This document shows positions 38,506 through 48,084 of a DNA stretch of 64,000 bases, piece by piece (position 1 is the stretch's first letter; every line of letters begins with the position of its first letter). The notes beneath the pieces were generated by a model. That model made no database searches. It was not told the DNA's origin and worked only from the letters and a program-made list of their open reading frames with translations. The stretch covers positions 158,070 through 222,069 of the IMG/VR virus record IMGVR_UViG_3300032050_000004; one strand, given 5' to 3'. Made by a program: the position numbers and the translations under genes.

Positions 38506-40005
38506 ATGAACAAAAATAAATTTAAATTGAATTTTCACATAGTTAAATCAAAAGACAAAAAATTAAGTGAAGACGTAAGTATTTTCAGAACCACCCCTAC
38601 TGTAAATGGTTATTACTTATTATTAAGTTCAGATTTGAGGGGTGAAGATGGAACGAAAGAGACGGCAGTAATGGGTAATTTATTAAAAGTTACAAGTAAG
38701 CAGACTTATGATAAAACCATTCCAAAACCAACTTATTTTAAAGATAATCAAACTGGTCAGTTTGGATGGGGTTATTTTTTACCTATGAATGCGACTGAGG
38801 AAAAAACGAATCAAATATTAAATAATTTAAGAGAACTCAAAAAAGAGTATTACAAAGCAAAAAAAATGGAACCTGCTGAAGATACTGGTAATTTGAGTTT
38901 AAATGATGTAAAAGAACTAAGAAGTGTAGTTAATAATGTTCAAGAATTAGAGAAGGCTATTGAAAACGCTGCGGATAACACTGAAAATTCAGAAATTAAA
39001 AATAGACTCGAACAATATTTTCAAGATTTACAAAGAGCTATCGAGGATGATACTATATTCTTATTTTTGATAGATAACTACGAAAGAGCGAAAAAATTCC
39101 AGACTAGAAATACTGCTTGGAATTATTCTTTATTAAATTCACTTATTATTACAGTTGCTGACCCTACTGCATCTTTGGCTGGACCAAAAGATTATTGGGA
39201 GGGAGTTGGTTATAAAATTAAGGATGAATTTACTAAAAATGGAATTGTAATTACTAAACCTAAATCTTCATTACAAACTAAAGGAAAATCTGATATTCCA
39301 CAAAAGGTTAAATGGGCGAAAGAAAATCCGGATGTAATTAGGGATTTTTTACAAGATCAAGGATATTCTATGAATGAACCGATTGAAGGTAAAGAATATC
39401 AATTAGCAAAATATATAACTTCAAAAGGTCTTTATGGTAGAAGAACTGGTGGCTTTGAAACTGCGATGGTTTATACTAATAACATGGTTGAGGCTATTCC
39501 GGGAAGAGAAATAATAGAACCGGAAGGAGATGCAGATTATAATGTTTTAGAAAAGGATTATGAACAAAATTTGACTCCCTTGTTTAATGCCATTCTTACT
39601 GTATGTGAAAAAACTGGCACATTTATACCTGAGCCTTTAAAGCAAAATAAAGAAGATTTAAAAAATTTCAATAGAGTTGTTTCTGCGTTAGCAAAGAAAA
39701 TGCTGGCAGAAAGTTATGGTGGTGAAGCTAAAGTAAAACCTGAAGATCGTGAGCAATTAGAAGTTAGAACTGAAAGTGTTGCTCAAATCATTAAGAATCA
39801 TTATGGAATTCAATCTGAGGCTAGTAAATACAATATTGCTGCTTTAGGTGCAGACAGAGAATCTTTAGAAAGAAGTAAATCTAAAATATTGAACACAGCT
39901 GATAAACTAATCAATCAAATTGATTCTGAATTAAAAAATAATATTCAAGAGAGCAAGATTAGAAAGATTGTATCAAAATTAATACGAGAGAATTTCAGTA
40001 AATAA
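38506..40005 (+). CDS. ArdC-like antirestriction / ssDNA-binding protein
   Basis: YSLLNSLII...ASLAGPKDYWEGVGYKIK (ArdC N-domain-like); LEVRTESVAQIIKNHYGI...SKYNIA (ArdC C-domain-like, no HExxH seen). Confidence 0.6.
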   Translation: MNKNKFKLNFHIVKSKDKKLSEDVSIFRTTPTVNGYYLLLSSDLRGEDGTKETAVMGNLLKVTSKQTYDKTIPKPTYFKDNQTGQFGWGYFLPMNATEEKTNQILNNLRELKKEYYKAKKMEPAEDTGNLSLNDVKELRSVVNNVQELEKAIENAADNTENSEIKNRLEQYFQDLQRAIEDDTIFLFLIDNYERAKKFQTRNTAWNYSLLNSLIITVADPTASLAGPKDYWEGVGYKIKDEFTKNGIVITKPKSSLQTKGKSDIPQKVKWAKENPDVIRDFLQDQGYSMNEPIEGKEYQLAKYITSKGLYGRRTGGFETAMVYTNNMVEAIPGREIIEPEGDADYNVLEKDYEQNLTPLFNAILTVCEKTGTFIPEPLKQNKEDLKNFNRVVSALAKKMLAESYGGEAKVKPEDREQLEVRTESVAQIIKNHYGIQSEASKYNIAALGADRESLERSKSKILNTADKLINQIDSELKNNIQESKIRKIVSKLIRENFSK

Positions 40006-40168
40006 AGAAATCATCATCATAATAAGTTCTAAATTTTTTCTTTCTTTTATAACCACATCTTGCACAAATAGATTCTTCAGAATCTTTATGGAATCTTACG
40101 GTTCCAAATTTATGACCTTTGTACCAACAGAAAATAAGAAATTTTATTTGGTTATATATTTTACGCAT
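39995..40168 (-). CDS. 57-aa Cys/His zinc-ribbon-like protein (below ORF-track cutoff)
   Basis: FCWYKGHKF...ICARCGYK. Confidence 0.5.
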   Translation of the reverse strand: MRKIYNQIKFLIFCWYKGHKFGTVRFHKDSEESICARCGYKRKKKFRTYYDDDFFIY

Positions 40169-40304
40169 TTATTTTCTGTTCTAAATATTTTAATAAAATT
40201 TTGAAGCTGAAATTATTCTCTATATAAACCATATAGAGATTAATTAAATCAAAATGACTATTTGTATCAGGACATAATCCAACTAAATGAAGTAAAAAAT
40301 CCAT
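40161..40304 (-). CDS. 47-aa hypothetical protein (below ORF-track cutoff)
   Basis: MDFLLHLVGLCPDTNSHFDL...; coupled overlaps with both neighbours. Confidence 0.45.
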   Translation of the reverse strand: MDFLLHLVGLCPDTNSHFDLINLYMVYIENNFSFKILLKYLEQKINA

Positions 40305-40453
40305 TATTTTTTTTGTATTTCTAAATTTTTCTTATCTACTCGGATAAGTGAATTTTCATGAATAATTAGACAATAAGAATCAAATTCTTTTTGAATTTCA
40401 ACAAATTCACCTTTTTTCAGTCCGAGAAGTGGGTATTTTACTTTTGCTTTCAT
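40304..40453 (-). CDS. Small SH3-like hypothetical protein (start probably ATG 40453)
   Basis: MKAKVKYPLLGLKKGEFVEIQKEFDSY. Confidence 0.5.
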   Translation of the reverse strand: MKAKVKYPLLGLKKGEFVEIQKEFDSYCLIIHENSLIRVDKKNLEIQKK

Positions 40454-40751
40454 TTTGTTTTGTTTTGTTTTTTGAATTAAAACGTTTTTCAACAGAATTA
40501 GTTACAAATTTAAACACTTTTTTTGAATTTAAAGTCAAAAACCCTGAATTTAACTGTAATTTTTTAAATTTAATAATTTCGCGGACAATTTCAACCCCTT
40601 TTTTGGAATTATGCTCATAAAAAAAATTATTTTTTTTTCCTAACCCAGTTCTAACTTTTGGAACATAATCGTTATCAATATAATGTTCGACTAATTTTTT
40701 GCTGAATTCGTCCAAATTATTATAAAATTCTTTTATAACACTTTTCTGCAT
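40407..40751 (-). CDS. Hypothetical protein
   Basis: 114-aa ORF. Confidence 0.45.
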   Translation of the reverse strand: MQKSVIKEFYNNLDEFSKKLVEHYIDNDYVPKVRTGLGKKNNFFYEHNSKKGVEIVREIIKFKKLQLNSGFLTLNSKKVFKFVTNSVEKRFNSKNKTKQNESKSKIPTSRTEKR

Positions 40752-40819
40752 GTATTAAAATTATAAAATAAAAAGTTTATTTCAAACTATTTATAAATTA
40801 GAAATAATTAAAATTTATC

Positions 40820-41122
40820 ATGGGAAATACAGCAGCTAATTATCAAGCAATTCCATTGTTAACCAACGGAAATTACAATTTTTATCCGTTCGATTCTACT
40901 GGCTATAGAACAGGAACTACTGTTCATCAGTTGTTTTGTTTGACCGCAGGATCTATAGTCATTTATCCATTGAATGGTCCATCATTTACTTGGACTCCAA
41001 CGGTTAATAGTACATCTATAGATATTTTAGTATCAGGGGTAACAGTTTCTTCTGGAACTTGGGTAGCTTTCAAATCAAAATATGACACAAATCCTTTCTA
41101 TAGTAAAGGTGCTAATCAATAA
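40820..41122 (+). CDS. Small beta-rich virion protein
   Basis: First gene of the neck operon; TATTTAT at 40788-40794. Confidence 0.6.
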   Translation: MGNTAANYQAIPLLTNGNYNFYPFDSTGYRTGTTVHQLFCLTAGSIVIYPLNGPSFTWTPTVNSTSIDILVSGVTVSSGTWVAFKSKYDTNPFYSKGANQ

Positions 41123-41133
41123 TTTAAATTTAA

Positions 41134-42309
41134 ATGTCTGATTGTGTATTTAATTGTCTGAGTGGAACTTCTGAAACTGATAAACAGGAGTTATTCTATA
41201 TGATTCGTCAAGAACTTGGAGAACCAGTTGTCCAAGTTGAATTGGCTGATTCACAATTAGAAGTTGCTTTTTGTAAATCCATCAGAGAATATTCTACTTT
41301 TATAAATAATTGGTCTTTAGAGAACAGAATGTCGCAGATGTTAGGTTTGCCAAAAGACATTGATTTTACATTAAAATACGTTTCAAATAATTTTTCTTTT
41401 GAAAGATCTTTTTCTAAAGCTTATTCTGAGCAAGCTGGAGCTGGTTCTGACTCAATTAGAGAAATGAAAACAGCTTCAATTACTCTTTCTGCTGGCACAC
41501 AAGATTATTTTATACCAGCTGGAAGAGAAATAAATGAAATTTTATGGTTTACGCCATCAATGATTAATTTATTTGGTCTTGATGCGTTTTCGAATTCAAA
41601 TATTGCATTTACAGAATTTGGTGCATCATTCGCTGGTCATAGTTTATATTATATTATGCCAGTTTTTGATACTTTATTAACATCTACATCAGCAAAAGTT
41701 AGAAATAAAGTTAGATCTGCTGAATATTCTTATAGAATTACTGGTGCTGCTAATGGAACAAAAAGGTTAAGTTTATATCCAATACCAAATAATACGGGCA
41801 ATACTGTTTATGGTATTACTGGTGGTGTTGGTGGTCAAACTCCCGGAACTGTATTTTATCGTTATTATGATGAAATAGGTCAAGCTGGTAACTGGTCTTA
41901 CAGTGGTTATTCTGCTAATCCAAATTATACAGGAGGAACAGGATCTCAAGGAAATGGGTTAGTATCCGGTCCTGCTGATGCAAGATTAGAATTTTTAACT
42001 TATGATGAATTAAATTCAAATGGTAAATATTGGGTTCAAAGGTATGCTCTAGCAATATCGATGAGAATTTTAGGTTTATCAATTAGAGGTAAATTTGGAG
42101 GAAATTTACCAATTCCAGATGCCGAATTAACTTTAAACAGTTCCGATCTTTTATCAACTGCTAAAGATGATATGGCTAATTTGAAAGAAGAAATTAAAAC
42201 TCAATTAGAAAAATTAAATTTCAAAGCATTGCTTGAAAATAATTCTTCTATGCAAGAAAATATAAATAAAACACTATCCTACAATATGTTAGGAATTTAC
42301 ATAGGTTAA
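41134..42309 (+). CDS. Neck / head-tail adaptor protein (T4 gp13-like)
   Basis: IRQELGEPVVQVELADSQLE, WVQRYALA, IRGKF...IPDAELTLN; position before the gp14-like gene. Confidence 0.8.
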   Translation: MSDCVFNCLSGTSETDKQELFYMIRQELGEPVVQVELADSQLEVAFCKSIREYSTFINNWSLENRMSQMLGLPKDIDFTLKYVSNNFSFERSFSKAYSEQAGAGSDSIREMKTASITLSAGTQDYFIPAGREINEILWFTPSMINLFGLDAFSNSNIAFTEFGASFAGHSLYYIMPVFDTLLTSTSAKVRNKVRSAEYSYRITGAANGTKRLSLYPIPNNTGNTVYGITGGVGGQTPGTVFYRYYDEIGQAGNWSYSGYSANPNYTGGTGSQGNGLVSGPADARLEFLTYDELNSNGKYWVQRYALAISMRILGLSIRGKFGGNLPIPDAELTLNSSDLLSTAKDDMANLKEEIKTQLEKLNFKALLENNSSMQENINKTLSYNMLGIYIG

Positions 42310-42312
42310 TAA

Positions 42313-42870
42313 ATGGCAGATTTACCATCAAATAATAACGAACTCAGAAACGAGAGGGTACCCAAACCAGAGGAGGCTAAGGAATTAGACGTAAACAAAA
42401 AAGGTATAAGATTATTTTTTGGAGAAAAAGAAAGACGTTTATTAGATGGGATGGGTAGGGAAATTGTAAATGATATTTTATTAGAAAGTTTTCTACTTTA
42501 TAGAATTGATTATCGAACTACCAAAACACATAGAGTTTACGGTGAGGCAAAACAAAAAGTTTATGAAGCACCTATTGAAATTTTCGGAAGAGTAACAGTC
42601 GAAACAGATTCTCCAAGTTATTTTGCTCCGGGTGGATTAATTAGAGAAGGTTTAGGCAAGTTTACAGCACATGTGTATTTGACTCACTTAGAGGAAATTA
42701 ACGCTACTATTCGTATGGGTGATTTTATATATCACAAAGGAAACTACTATGAGATTATTGATAACGGTGCGTCAGATATTAATAATAAATACGCTTTTGG
42801 ATCAGATAAATTCTTCTATATAACAATAAAAGGAGTCGAGGTTAACTCTGACGTATTCCAAGCCCGTTAA
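42313..42870 (+). CDS. Head-tail connector (T4 gp14-like)
   Basis: VYGEAK...YEAPIE, IRMGDFIYHKGNYYEI. Confidence 0.7.
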   Translation: MADLPSNNNELRNERVPKPEEAKELDVNKKGIRLFFGEKERRLLDGMGREIVNDILLESFLLYRIDYRTTKTHRVYGEAKQKVYEAPIEIFGRVTVETDSPSYFAPGGLIREGLGKFTAHVYLTHLEEINATIRMGDFIYHKGNYYEIIDNGASDINNKYAFGSDKFFYITIKGVEVNSDVFQAR

Positions 42871-42878
42871 ACAATCAC

Positions 42879-42928
42879 TTTGTTTTTTATAATTTTTTAT
42901 AATAAATTTGACAGTTTTCATACTGTCA
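42879..42928 (+). promoter_or_regulatory. Host-type promoter plus overlapping palindrome (operator candidate)
   Basis: TTTG (42879-42882), 20 nt, TAAATTTG (42903-42910); TGACAG-N8-CTGTCA at 42909-42928. Confidence 0.6.
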
Positions 42929-42929
42929 G

Positions 42930-43754
42930 TTGGCAAATACTATTAAAATAAATAGAGGGCTAGTTACAATACTAGCTAAGGATAACCAATGGTTAAAAGC
43001 CATTAGTGTATTCTATTCTCTTAAATTTTTATATTCTGGAGGAATTATTTTAGATATTACTAAAAGATATAGTTTTTTTGCTAATAAATTAGGGATTTCT
43101 GAATCAAATTTAAGATCAAAAGTCAAATTCCTAATTAAAAACGGTTTAATTGAGAAAAAAAATAATAATTTATATTTCTCTAGTTTCAATAAAATTAAAG
43201 AAAAATTTAAGATTAAAACCCAAAAGGGGTATAAGTTAGCGTATAAAAATCCGAAAGAGCTGGAAGTTATTTTGAAAACTCTGGTTTTGGAAGAAAATTT
43301 ACATACACAGGAATTTAAGTTAAAAGAGAAAATATTATCTGAAGAATTAAAGAAGTTCGGCAAAATTGAGGCAAAGTCCACACGGAAAAAAATTAAGAGG
43401 TATTTGAGAAAATATCTTAGTCATTTGACTGAAAAATATAAAAAGCGTGAACTTCAAAATTCTAATGATAATTTATTACGGAATAAAAGAATTAATACAG
43501 ATCTGACTTTATCTAGAAATAAAATAGCTAATAGTTTTGGCAGGAAGTCTAAATCCACTGGAAGTCGGTTTATAGATAAAGCTAAATCACTAGGTTTAGT
43601 TTTAGAGGATAAAAAGAGAGTAGAGAAAGTTAGATCTAACGTTAGTTATAAAATTATAAGATATATGGAATTAGACTCCTCCTATTTCATATTTAAAAAT
43701 AATCTTTACAAAAGAATGTCAAATGAATTAACCTTTATCAATTTCATTGCCTAA
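42930..43754 (+). CDS. Basic DNA-binding protein with two winged-HTH-like segments (TTG start)
   Basis: FANKLGISESNLRSKVKFLIKNGLIEK and SRNKIANSFGRKSKSTGSRFIDKAKSLGLV. Confidence 0.55.
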   Translation: MANTIKINRGLVTILAKDNQWLKAISVFYSLKFLYSGGIILDITKRYSFFANKLGISESNLRSKVKFLIKNGLIEKKNNNLYFSSFNKIKEKFKIKTQKGYKLAYKNPKELEVILKTLVLEENLHTQEFKLKEKILSEELKKFGKIEAKSTRKKIKRYLRKYLSHLTEKYKKRELQNSNDNLLRNKRINTDLTLSRNKIANSFGRKSKSTGSRFIDKAKSLGLVLEDKKRVEKVRSNVSYKIIRYMELDSSYFIFKNNLYKRMSNELTFINFIA

Positions 43755-43826
43755 AGTAGGTTGCATTTTTTAGAAATAGTGTTTTTTTATTAAATTATTT
43801 CTTCTATTTATAGATATAAAAATCAC

Positions 43827-44630
43827 ATGTCTATAACTAGAAATATTGATAATTTTTTAAATCAAAGCTTTAGAAATTTTGATTATCTTCCACAAAGGCT
43901 TCTTTTGGAAGATATGGATGATGGTCTAATATCTTTTATTCGTTCATTAGAAATTTCTGTTATTGATGAAAGGGCTAATACAAGAGCTGTTCCTGTCATA
44001 TTTTTGACTCAAGAACGATGGGCTGAATTCAGGAATAATTTTAAATATCTTAGAGATGAAGCTGGGCAGGAAATTACGATGCCTTTTATGACTTTAAGGA
44101 GAAAATCCGTTAAACCGGGTGAAAATCCTTTAAAACGTTCAACTATACCCAAAAAAAAGAAATTTACTTTTTTGAAGGTAGCGAACTTTGATGGTCTAAT
44201 TAAGGGATATGATATTTATAAAGTTCCTCAACCTCCAAGGGTAGATATTGAATATGAATTAAGATTTTTTTCTCATTACATGGAAGATACTAATGTATAT
44301 TATGAGGAAATAATTGCGAATACATTTTCTGACAAAGAAGCATACATAAACATTAATGGTTATCCTCTTTTCACCGAAATGAGTGATCCTTCGGAAGAAA
44401 ATACTGTAGATGACATAGAAGCAGATAGAAGGTTTAGCGTTGTTGTTCCTATGACTTTACATGGTAAAATTGTGGATCCTAGATTGTGGGAAAAAGTCCA
44501 AGCAATCAACAAGATTCGTATTGATATAAGTGAAAGTGGTGGTAGTTCTTCTTTGAATAACCCAAATCCGATGATTGGTACTGTAAATGATTTCGTGGTC
44601 AATGGATATGTAGATGATTATTTAGAATAA
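43827..44630 (+). CDS. Tail terminator / sheath stabiliser (T4 gp15-like)
   Basis: VPVIFLTQERW, ITMPFMTLRR, VPQPPRVDIEYEL; position in the neck cluster. Confidence 0.75.
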   Translation: MSITRNIDNFLNQSFRNFDYLPQRLLLEDMDDGLISFIRSLEISVIDERANTRAVPVIFLTQERWAEFRNNFKYLRDEAGQEITMPFMTLRRKSVKPGENPLKRSTIPKKKKFTFLKVANFDGLIKGYDIYKVPQPPRVDIEYELRFFSHYMEDTNVYYEEIIANTFSDKEAYININGYPLFTEMSDPSEENTVDDIEADRRFSVVVPMTLHGKIVDPRLWEKVQAINKIRIDISESGGSSSLNNPNPMIGTVNDFVVNGYVDDYLE

Positions 44631-44649
44631 ATTAAAATAAAAAAAATAA

Positions 44650-46833
44650 ATGGGATTAGTATTAAGATCAGTTAAAGGTTCAAAACTTACCATATCCGAA
44701 ATGGATGGTAATTTGACATACTTACAATCGTTATCAGGAGCAAGTTCTGGTGGAACAACAAATCCAGCAGGTAATAATTCAGAGGTTCAGTTCAATGATA
44801 ATAATAGTTTTGGTGCAAGTTCAAATTTTACATTTGATTCAATATCTAATATTTTAAACTTAAGTGGGGATGTTTATGCAAATTCATTCTATGGAGATGG
44901 AAGTAATTTGACTGGAATTATTTCTGTAGGTAGTATAGTTAGTGTTACATATGATGAATTATATAATTATTACACAGGTAGTACATTAAGTGCTGGAACT
45001 AATTATTTAATTACTGATTTCCAGACTTGTTATGATCAACCAGATTTTGATAACATGGGAAATGCAATTACATCAGGAAATTATAAAACCGGAAATACTG
45101 AACCATTAATAGTGTTAGCTATTTCAGGAAATGCAATTTCTTCAAATGTTTATTCTCCAACGTTTCCAAATCATACAATAAAGTATGATATAGATTTTAC
45201 AACAACTGAAGTCACTAATAACTTAGCAAAGGGTAGAATTACAGAACGTATTGACGAGTATGGTAATAGAGCTGATTATGATTTTGTCGCAGTTCAATTT
45301 AAAAGATATAGTACATATTATTGCGAAAGATTTTATCAAGGTACAGTATCTATTGATAGTGGGAACGGATTGGTAACAGGTATAGGTACTACATTTAGTT
45401 CAGATTTTATAGAAGGAGATGTATTGGCAGTTTATACACCGTACAATTCTCCAATTGGTTGTTTTATGTATTATGAAATAATTGCTGTTAACGATAATAC
45501 TAGTATGCAAGTTACAGGAACAACAATTGTATCAATGACTAATGTTGGTTATTCTCGTGGAGAGTATATGGGACAATTGAATCCATTTCAGTGTAATTTG
45601 TTTACATCCTCAGGATATAGTGAATACTATACTTTTAATAATAATCAAAATTATAATACTTATTTAGGAAATTATGCGTCTCTTTATAATAGTGATGAAA
45701 ATACATTTTTATTATCAAACAACGTTTTTTTAAATGGGAACTATGAAAATAATGTATTCGGAGATGGAGTATTTAGTAATACTTTTGATGATGATATGGA
45801 TTCTAATACTACAGGTACATATTTTCAATATAATATTATAAACGATGATTTTGATAGAAATAAAGTAGGGGTTAGATTTAGAAATAATATTATAATTTGT
45901 GATATGGCAGATAATAGAATTGGAAATTATTTTGAATATAATATGTTGGGAGATGATGATGGACAAGATTTTGATAATAATTTTATTGGAGATGGATTCG
46001 CAAGAAATTTCTTGACTTTCAGCAATGGTGATTTCTATAATAATAATATTGGAGATGATTTTTATGAAAATCTAATTGATAGAAGTTTTCAGAATAATTC
46101 GATGATAGGAACTGTATATCAGAATTCATTTATAGGTAATTTTAATGAAAATAAAGTAGGTTACAACTTTTATCAAAATTCTATATATAATAATTTTTGG
46201 AAAAATAATATTGGCGACAGTTTCAATACTAATACAATAGGAATAATTAATAATATAGGAGGATATTTGTTTGAGAATAATGAAATTATGAATAATTTCA
46301 AAGGAAATTTAATATTGACAAATTTTTGGAGTAATAGATTAAAAACAGATTTCAAAGGAAATCAGATATTTCAAGAATTTGGATATAACAATATAGGTTT
46401 CGGTTGTACGGTTAATAATTTTTCTGGTCAAACTAATCAAAACACAATTGGTGATTATTGTTATTTAAATAATTTAGGTGATTTTTCTCATAATTCTATT
46501 GGTGTAAATTTTTCATCAAATGAAATACAGGATGGATTTGGTTTTGGAGGAGGTCAATATAAAGGAAATATTATAGGAAATAATTTCTATGATAATACAA
46601 TAGGAGAATATTTTTATGATAATTTTATAAGAGATAATTTTACAAACAATACTGTAGTAGATTATTTCCAACAAAATACTATTACAAACGATGTCGCTTT
46701 CATAGATTTTACAACTGCAACTACGGTTTATGGTTATTATAACTGTAATATATTCAGAAGATCGGATCAGGCTTTGAGACTTTCTTATTATGATGAAAAT
46801 GATGTTTTAGTAATAACAGATATAACAAATTAA
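44650..46833 (+). CDS. Tail-fibre-like protein with Asn-rich beta-solenoid repeats
   Basis: N-terminal LRSVKGSKLTISEMDGNL; C-terminal IGxxFxxN repeats of about 11 aa. Confidence 0.7.
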   Translation: MGLVLRSVKGSKLTISEMDGNLTYLQSLSGASSGGTTNPAGNNSEVQFNDNNSFGASSNFTFDSISNILNLSGDVYANSFYGDGSNLTGIISVGSIVSVTYDELYNYYTGSTLSAGTNYLITDFQTCYDQPDFDNMGNAITSGNYKTGNTEPLIVLAISGNAISSNVYSPTFPNHTIKYDIDFTTTEVTNNLAKGRITERIDEYGNRADYDFVAVQFKRYSTYYCERFYQGTVSIDSGNGLVTGIGTTFSSDFIEGDVLAVYTPYNSPIGCFMYYEIIAVNDNTSMQVTGTTIVSMTNVGYSRGEYMGQLNPFQCNLFTSSGYSEYYTFNNNQNYNTYLGNYASLYNSDENTFLLSNNVFLNGNYENNVFGDGVFSNTFDDDMDSNTTGTYFQYNIINDDFDRNKVGVRFRNNIIICDMADNRIGNYFEYNMLGDDDGQDFDNNFIGDGFARNFLTFSNGDFYNNNIGDDFYENLIDRSFQNNSMIGTVYQNSFIGNFNENKVGYNFYQNSIYNNFWKNNIGDSFNTNTIGIINNIGGYLFENNEIMNNFKGNLILTNFWSNRLKTDFKGNQIFQEFGYNNIGFGCTVNNFSGQTNQNTIGDYCYLNNLGDFSHNSIGVNFSSNEIQDGFGFGGGQYKGNIIGNNFYDNTIGEYFYDNFIRDNFTNNTVVDYFQQNTITNDVAFIDFTTATTVYGYYNCNIFRRSDQALRLSYYDENDVLVITDITN

Positions 46834-46972
46834 AATAATGTTAACAAGATATATAATAAATAAGCTTATTATTAACAATACCGACAAATAAAGCAAATCA
46901 ATTTTGTTCGAGTGGAATATTGTCATTTGAAGTTTATGCAGATTAAAACAAAAAATTTTAAAAAATATAAAA

Positions 46973-47209
46973 ATGATAAAATTAATAAAAAGGACTACGG
47001 ATAATAAATTTTTAAAATCCATAGATAATGATAATTGGGTTGATGATTCAAGAGATGGTTTCGAAATGACTTATTTAGAATGTGAAAATATTAAATCAAT
47101 ACTTTTAAACTCATATTCCGAAGAACAAATCAAAGAAATAGTAAATTTAACTAAGTCTAAATTCACTACAAAACAAGAAAGAAAGATTATTAAAAATTTA
47201 CTTAAATAA
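46973..47209 (+). CDS. Hypothetical protein
   Basis: 78-aa ORF in the co-directional run. Confidence 0.55.
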   Translation: MIKLIKRTTDNKFLKSIDNDNWVDDSRDGFEMTYLECENIKSILLNSYSEEQIKEIVNLTKSKFTTKQERKIIKNLLK

Positions 47210-47215
47210 ATAAAA

Positions 47216-47467
47216 ATGAGAATAAATATATTAACTGAAAATTCAAAAGTTGAACAAGTTAGAGAAGCTTGGGTTAGCAAAGATATTATGAAGATACCTG
47301 TTTCTCCAACTGGTGAATATCCGGCAACCCATTGGTTTTGCACTATGGCTGGAGAAGAGTCAAAAATGAATCAAATTTTAGCAAAACAAAATTTATCAAT
47401 AATGGAAGCAAATATTGGTCCAAAAGAATTCTTAGATAAATGGGGTCTGAAACTTATAAAAAAATAG
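47216..47467 (+). CDS. Hypothetical protein
   Basis: 83-aa ORF. Confidence 0.6.
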   Translation: MRINILTENSKVEQVREAWVSKDIMKIPVSPTGEYPATHWFCTMAGEESKMNQILAKQNLSIMEANIGPKEFLDKWGLKLIKK

Positions 47468-48072
47468 AGAATTTTATCAGTGATTCACAAGTTGAACAAA
47501 TAATAGTTTGGACAAAATCTTTGAATCATTCCTATAAAAAACCAAATCATCATTTAAATGAAATATCTAAAACATTAAATGGTAATTCATTTATTTTTGA
47601 TATATCTAACAACGAAATGACTAATTATATAACTGAATACCAATCAATTGGAGAAATTTTTTATAATAAACCTCCAGAATTTATACTCGATTTACAAAAA
47701 AAAATAGCAGATCATTTTAACTTTGATTTGAACAATACTTTTTTACAAGTTGTAAATATGGATAAAGGTGGTGAAGTTAGTCCTCACTACGATGCTTCAG
47801 TAGATGGTTTTATAAATTATAAATGTAATTTATCTGTTTTGTCAGAAGACTATGATTTTTTTGTTGAGAAAGATAAATTTTTAGTAAAAAATAAAGATTT
47901 GTATTGTTTTGAAGCCTCTTTGTTCAAGCATAAAACTGGAAAATTTAATTCACAAAGAATAATGTTAAGTTTTGGTTTTATGATTCCTTATGAAAAAATG
48001 AACAGAAATGAAAATGATCCAAGAGTTAGATTAAGTAAAAGAATTAAAAAATATTTTCAAAATAATAAATAA
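47440..48072 (+). CDS. 2OG-Fe(II) oxygenase superfamily protein
   Basis: QVVNMDKGGEVSPHYD, later HKTG...RIMLSFG (HxD...H...R pattern). Confidence 0.7.
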   Translation: MGSETYKKIENFISDSQVEQIIVWTKSLNHSYKKPNHHLNEISKTLNGNSFIFDISNNEMTNYITEYQSIGEIFYNKPPEFILDLQKKIADHFNFDLNNTFLQVVNMDKGGEVSPHYDASVDGFINYKCNLSVLSEDYDFFVEKDKFLVKNKDLYCFEASLFKHKTGKFNSQRIMLSFGFMIPYEKMNRNENDPRVRLSKRIKKYFQNNK

Positions 48073-48084
48073 AAAAAATAAACT

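Noticed and set aside
43013-47343. Minus-strand ORFs within the neck and fibre genes (43013, 44360, 45730, 46173, 46807, 47071)
   Set aside because: Antisense to a co-directional operon, with compositions typical of AT-rich shadow frames
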